Positions 49,099 through 52,991 of a DNA stretch of 52,991 nucleotides are shown here, one piece after another. Each line of letters starts with the position of its first letter. Within the stretch, counting starts at the first letter, position 1. The DNA lies in the NCBI GenBank assembly GCA_018816985.1, contig JAHIVA010000021.1, positions 1 through 52,991 on the forward strand. Reading direction: 5' to 3'. The notes under the pieces were generated by a model. That model searched no databases and was not told the DNA's origin. It saw nothing but the letters and a program-made list of their open reading frames with translations. Made by a program: the position numbers and the translations under genes. The DNA comes from Patescibacteria group bacterium (GTDB lineage: Bacteria > Patescibacteriota > Minisyncoccia > Phycocordibacterales > UBA9973).

Positions 49099-49128
49099 CA
49101 TTCTATCGCGATCGCGAAGAGGTGTTAT
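49095..49128. repeat. 34-nt quasi-palindrome ATAACAT-N-TCGCGATCGCGA-N-GTGTTAT (downstream copy, overlaps the stop codon)
   Basis: ATAACATTCTATCGCGATCGCGAAGAGGTGTTAT. It contains the perfect 12-nt palindrome TCGCGATCGCGA. Confidence 0.8.
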
Positions 49129-49150
49129 AGTAGTGGGTGGGGAAAGAATG

Positions 49151-49159
49151 TGATAAAAT
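49151..49159 (+). promoter_or_regulatory. extended -10 TGATAAAAT, 6 nt before the ATG at 49166 (leaderless arrangement)
   Basis: TGATAAAAT gaaaag ATG. Confidence 0.45.
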
Positions 49160-49165
49160 GAAAAG

Positions 49166-49579
49166 ATGAAAACTATTTTAGTTGATGCGATATACGGCTT
49201 TGTTCAAGTTATAAATAATAAATTAACGGGCAAAGATGAATATTTGATTTTTCAAAAAATGTACGAACTTCTTGAAAAATATCCAAATAAAAAAATAATT
49301 TTAACTGGGGCATATGATGAACAGATGGTTAAATTTGGGTTAAATAATATGCCTTATCCTGTTTTTACTCTAAAACATAATCCAGAAAAAACGAATCCAG
49401 AATACTATAATGTAATGCTAAAAAATTTTAATTTAAATAAAAATGAGGTAATTTATTTTGAACATGATATTGACGCAATAAGAAGCGCTGAATCTGTTGG
49501 GATTAATACTTATTATTACGACAAGGATAAAAAAGATTTAGAAAGTTTAAAAGAGTTTCTTGATGAAAATTTAAAATAA
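49166..49579 (+). CDS. small HAD-like protein with a degenerate motif I
   Basis: 137 aa. ILVDAIYG has only the first Asp of DxD. Other segments: IILTGA and YFEHDIDAIRSAESVG. Confidence 0.4.
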   Translation: MKTILVDAIYGFVQVINNKLTGKDEYLIFQKMYELLEKYPNKKIILTGAYDEQMVKFGLNNMPYPVFTLKHNPEKTNPEYYNVMLKNFNLNKNEVIYFEHDIDAIRSAESVGINTYYYDKDKKDLESLKEFLDENLK

Positions 49580-49580
49580 A

Positions 49581-50162
49581 ATGCACCACATTTATCACAC
49601 CGAAGGGTTAATACTAGGTAGTAAGAATTTTGGGGAAGCGGGAAAGTATTATTATATTTTTACCCGTGACTTAGGGATGGTTTATGCCTCGGCTCAGGGT
49701 GTACGTAAAATGTCTTCTAAATTACGTTTTGTTCTACAAGATTTTTCCTATATTAAGTTGGATTTAGTTCAAGGTAAAGATTTCTGGAGAATTACCAGTG
49801 CCGGGAAGACAAATAAACTAGAGCGATTGACTAAAAATCACGGAACTTTTGCAGTTTTTTTTAATATTGCAAAATTATTAAAAAGGCTATTGGTAGGAAT
49901 TGAATGCAATGAGATTTTATTTATTGAATTAATTAATAGTTTATCTGTTTTGGAAAAAACTGAGGCCAGAGAAGATTTGCAAAATCTTGAAGCAATTATT
50001 GTCTTAAGAATCCTTAACAATTTAGGATATATCGGTGGGAATGAGATATTGCAAAATCTTATTAAATCTCCATTTGAAGAGAATTTAATATTTGAATTTT
50101 CAAAGGCCAGGTCTCAAGTGTTGCGGCAAATTAATCAGGCTCTTAAGGAAACACATTTGTAA
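49581..50162 (+). CDS. recO: DNA repair protein RecO (short form)
   Basis: 193 aa. The N-terminal OB-fold pattern is TEGLILGSKNFGEAGKYYYIFTRDLGMVYASAQGVRKMSSKLR. No C-terminal zinc-finger Cys motif is seen. Confidence 0.65.
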   Translation: MHHIYHTEGLILGSKNFGEAGKYYYIFTRDLGMVYASAQGVRKMSSKLRFVLQDFSYIKLDLVQGKDFWRITSAGKTNKLERLTKNHGTFAVFFNIAKLLKRLLVGIECNEILFIELINSLSVLEKTEAREDLQNLEAIIVLRILNNLGYIGGNEILQNLIKSPFEENLIFEFSKARSQVLRQINQALKETHL

Positions 50163-50214
50163 AAATATCTTTACTTGTTTGGGGAAAGATAGATTTTTAA
50201 AATTTTCCCTGAGA

Positions 50215-50223
50215 TGCTACAAT
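50215..50223 (+). promoter_or_regulatory. extended -10 TGCTACAAT, 7 nt before the ATG at 50231 (leaderless arrangement)
   Basis: TGCTACAAT tacatat ATG. Confidence 0.45.
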
Positions 50224-50230
50224 TACATAT

Positions 50231-52168
50231 ATGTCCTTGGATGACATGAATAAGCTTAATAGGCTTGAGGAATTAAAAAATAAACTTTTTAGTAAAAATT
50301 ATCAGACTCAGATAGAGCATCGGGATGTTTTTTCTTCTTTACCTGGGAAGGCAAATAAAATAGCGGATTCTTGGAAAGCGGGAGAAAAAGCAGGATTCAA
50401 CGCGGAAGAAAAATTTTTTATGAAAACATCTAAATTTAAGAAATTTTTTATTTTTTCAGTAATTTTTTTTGTTTTAGCTTTAGGTTATGCGGCTTATGTT
50501 TTTTTTGCTGGAGGAAACACTGTTTCTAATGACAATATAGATATTTCTATTCTTGGAAATAATTTTACGGCCGGGGGCGAAGAGCTTCCTCTAATTATTG
50601 GAATTGTTAATAGAAATAATTCGGCGCTTGATTTAGTTGATCTGGTTATGGAATATCCTAAAGGTGGAGTGACTAATCTGTCCTCAGACACCGAACATTT
50701 TCGTATGTCTATAGGGACAATTCCGGCTGGAGCGGTCCGAAATGAAAATCTAAAAGTAATGCTCTTTGGAGAACAAGGAAGTGTTCGTCCGATAAAGATA
50801 ACTATTGAATATCGGGTAACGGGTTCAAATGCTATTTTTGTAAAAGAAAAAATTTATGAAATAACCATTACTTCTACTCCAATTAATCTTACAGTAGATG
50901 CTCCTACGGAAATAAGCCCTAATCAGAATATTACTCTGAATATAAAAGCATCCCTAAATGCTACCAAGGCGATTCCTAAAATACTGGTTAAAATTGATTA
51001 TCCACCTGGGTTTACTTTTATAAAATCTGTCCCTGGGCCTTCTTTTGGCAATAATGTTTGGAATTTGGGTGATATCGCTCCCGGAGCAGAACAGGCTATT
51101 TCTATCTCTGGAAAAATGGTTGATGTTTTTGATGGAGAAGAAAAAACTTTTAATATTTCAAGCGGATCGCAATCAAATATAGATAAATCTATGATTGATG
51201 TTATTTTTAATTCTGTTAAGAGTGTGGTTGCGATTAAAAAACCCTTTATTGAAGCAAATCTATCCATTAATGGTATATCTCAAAGAGAATATGCAGTAGA
51301 CTCTAAAACACCCATTCGGGCAGAAATTCTTTATGTAAATAATTTAGACACTAAAGTAGATAATTTACAAATAAGAGTAAATATTTCTGGGAATGCTTTT
51401 AATCGCAAAACAATAATTGCTCAACAAGGTTTTTATGATTCTTCAAAAGATACAATTACTTGGGACAAGAATTCCCAAAGTCAATTAAAAGAAATAAATC
51501 CCGGGGATTTTGGTTCCGTGGTGTTTTCTATTTCTCCACTTTCATTGTTTTCTCCTTCTGGTGGAATGTTAACGAATCCTTCTATTAATATAGAAATAAG
51601 TATCTCTGGTCAACAGGCCGTTGAAGGTTCTGTTGTTGACGAACTTAACAATTCAACTGGAGCGGTTGTTCGTATTATTTCAGACATCGGTTTTTCTGGG
51701 AAAGCGCTTTACAATTCAGGACCCTTTATTAATACTGGTCCAATTCCTCCAAAAGCTGAAAAATTAACAACCTATACTATCGTTTGGACTCTTTCTAATA
51801 CTGCCAATAATATTTCAAAAGCACAAATAAATTCCACCTTACCTTCTTGGGTGACTTTTGTCGGGCCAATTTCCCCTGAGGAAGAAAATTTGATTTACAA
51901 TTCTTTAACTAAAGAAATAATCTGGAAAGTGGATAAGATACCAAAAGGTTCAGGGATTACCGGTCCTGCTCGTAGTGTTTCTTTTCAAATTTCTTTTAAA
52001 CCTTCGCTTTCTCAAGTTGGCACAATGCCGATTATTATAAATGATGCAATTTTGACTGGACATGATGATTTTGCTAATGTGGATGTGACGGTAAGGAAAA
52101 TATGGCTTAATACAAATCTTGAAAATGATTTAGCCTTTCCTGCTGGTGGAGGTGTGGTGGTGAATTAA
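50231..52168 (+). CDS. membrane-anchored extracellular protein with several Ig/DUF11-like repeats
   Basis: 645 aa. It has one TM segment (FFIFSVIFFVLALGYAAYVFFAG). There are recurring beta-sandwich-like segments such as NVWNLGDIAPGAEQAISISGKM and INPGDFGSVVFSISP. Confidence 0.6.
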   Translation: MSLDDMNKLNRLEELKNKLFSKNYQTQIEHRDVFSSLPGKANKIADSWKAGEKAGFNAEEKFFMKTSKFKKFFIFSVIFFVLALGYAAYVFFAGGNTVSNDNIDISILGNNFTAGGEELPLIIGIVNRNNSALDLVDLVMEYPKGGVTNLSSDTEHFRMSIGTIPAGAVRNENLKVMLFGEQGSVRPIKITIEYRVTGSNAIFVKEKIYEITITSTPINLTVDAPTEISPNQNITLNIKASLNATKAIPKILVKIDYPPGFTFIKSVPGPSFGNNVWNLGDIAPGAEQAISISGKMVDVFDGEEKTFNISSGSQSNIDKSMIDVIFNSVKSVVAIKKPFIEANLSINGISQREYAVDSKTPIRAEILYVNNLDTKVDNLQIRVNISGNAFNRKTIIAQQGFYDSSKDTITWDKNSQSQLKEINPGDFGSVVFSISPLSLFSPSGGMLTNPSINIEISISGQQAVEGSVVDELNNSTGAVVRIISDIGFSGKALYNSGPFINTGPIPPKAEKLTTYTIVWTLSNTANNISKAQINSTLPSWVTFVGPISPEEENLIYNSLTKEIIWKVDKIPKGSGITGPARSVSFQISFKPSLSQVGTMPIIINDAILTGHDDFANVDVTVRKIWLNTNLENDLAFPAGGGVVVN

Positions 52169-52185
52169 TTGAATGAATTTATAAT

Positions 52186-52991
52186 ATGAAAGAAGAAAAA
52201 AATAAAAAAGAAAATAAAGAGTTGGGCTTGATGGAAAAAATAGTTTCCCTTTGTAAAAGGCGTGGCTTTGTTTTTCAAGGTTCAGAAATATATGGAGGAT
52301 TGGCTGGGACTTACGATTGGGGGCATTTCGGAGTTGCCTTGAAAAATAATATAAAACAAAGTTGGTGGAAAAAATTTGTGGATGGCCGAAAAGATATGTA
52401 CGGTGTTGATGCGGCGATTTTAATGAGGCAGGAAGTTTGGCAAGCAACCGGACATGTGGCTAATTTTGCGGACCCGTTTGATGGAAAGCAATTTAATACA
52501 ATGCTAAAGACGCAAGTTGGTGCAGGGGAAGAAGCGACTACTTCATATTTGCGTCCCGAAACTGCCCAGGGTATGTTTGTAAATTTTAAAAACATAATAG
52601 ATTTTTTTCATCCGAAACTTCCTTTTGGTATGGCGCAAATTGGTAAAGCCTTTAGAAACGAAATTGCTCCGCGAGATTTTCTTTTCCGTCAACGCGAATT
52701 TGAACAAATGGAAATAGAATACTTTGTTCGTTCGGATGACTGGGAGAAATATTTTAAATATTGGAAAGGTGAGATGCTTGATTGGATGGAAGAAGTAGGT
52801 ATTGACATGGGGAAAGTATATGAACTTGAGGTTGAAGATGCTGATCGAGCTCATTACTCAAAAAGAACAATTGATTTTCAATTTGATTTTCCCTTTGGGC
52901 GAAATGAACTTTTTGGGTTAGCTTATAGGACTGATTTTGATTTAAAGACCCATAAACTTGAATATATTGATGAGGAAAAAGGAGAAAAGAT
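52186..52991 (+). CDS. glyQS: glycine--tRNA ligase (dimeric GlyQS type), 5' part, runs off the window end
   Basis: Not in the ORF track because it has no stop. My translation is MKEEKNKKENKELGLMEKIVSLCKRRGFVFQGSEIYGGLAGTYDWGHFG...LRPETAQGMFVNFKN...GKAFRNEIAPRDFLFRQREFEQMEIEYF. Confidence 0.88.
   Translation, partial: MKEEKNKKENKELGLMEKIVSLCKRRGFVFQGSEIYGGLAGTYDWGHFGVALKNNIKQSWWKKFVDGRKDMYGVDAAILMRQEVWQATGHVANFADPFDGKQFNTMLKTQVGAGEEATTSYLRPETAQGMFVNFKNIIDFFHPKLPFGMAQIGKAFRNEIAPRDFLFRQREFEQMEIEYFVRSDDWEKYFKYWKGEMLDWMEEVGIDMGKVYELEVEDADRAHYSKRTIDFQFDFPFGRNELFGLAYRTDFDLKTHKLEYIDEEKGEK

Noticed and set aside
1-52991. Alternative genetic code (UGA recoding, as in some candidate phyla), and tRNA or rRNA genes in the spacers.
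   Set aside because: Long conserved ORFs are uninterrupted in the standard code, and TGA terminates pyrF at 4624..4626. None of the spacers longer than 60 bp that I read shows a cloverleaf-like arrangement or rRNA-like sequence. This was done by eye only, so a tRNAscan/Infernal run would be the proper check.

Overview
The window is AT-rich. Hand counts of single 60-nt lines give about 27-48% G+C. It is very gene-dense and reads in the standard genetic code; TGA is used as a stop, for example at 4624..4626. The content fits a reduced-genome, probably CPR/Patescibacteria-like bacterium, which is an inference from gene content and not a database result.

Recognisable genes, in order:
- A complete UMP de novo operon: pyrD-pyrE-pyrF, a leader, then pyrC-carA-carB-pyrB.
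- Trigger factor, membrane pyrophosphatase, nusA and lnt.
- A four-gene surface-protein module directly upstream of a type IV pilus-like cluster (pilB, pilC and three convergent oversized pseudopilins).
- tpiA-pgk, a HIT protein, recJ-rnhA, a hairpin-flanked Y1/RAYT transposase and a GNAT.
- A split ComEC, glyA, an SDR, tmk-dut-argS and a 1340-aa ileS.
- A PaaX-like regulator bracketed by palindromes, a HAD-like protein, recO, a large membrane-anchored repeat protein and the 5' part of glyQS.
- No rRNA, tRNA or CRISPR array was seen by eye.

Observations worth a second look:
1. Three short GC-rich islands (about 55-63% G+C by hand count; coding parts 724..1886, 15825..16541 and 18215..19232) sit in intergenic positions. 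All five of their proteins carry signal peptides or lipoboxes. Each island has a -35/N17/-10 promoter, a long leader and a strong Shine-Dalgarno site, and islands 2 and 3 end in related GC-rich hairpins. Two of the islands flank lnt.
2. The isoleucyl-tRNA synthetase carries a complete histidine-phosphatase domain inserted in its catalytic core, plus a C-terminal HD phosphohydrolase domain.
3. A duplicated module (small membrane protein plus giant Cys-rich secreted protein) shares an unrecognised Cys-framed domain and sits next to the pilus genes.
4. At least 14 host genes or operons have a -10 element (13 of them TGnTAnnnT) ending 6-9 nt before the ATG with no Shine-Dalgarno site. This implies widespread leaderless mRNAs and contrasts with the islands.

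All domain calls come from motifs I read in the translations. No searches were run.
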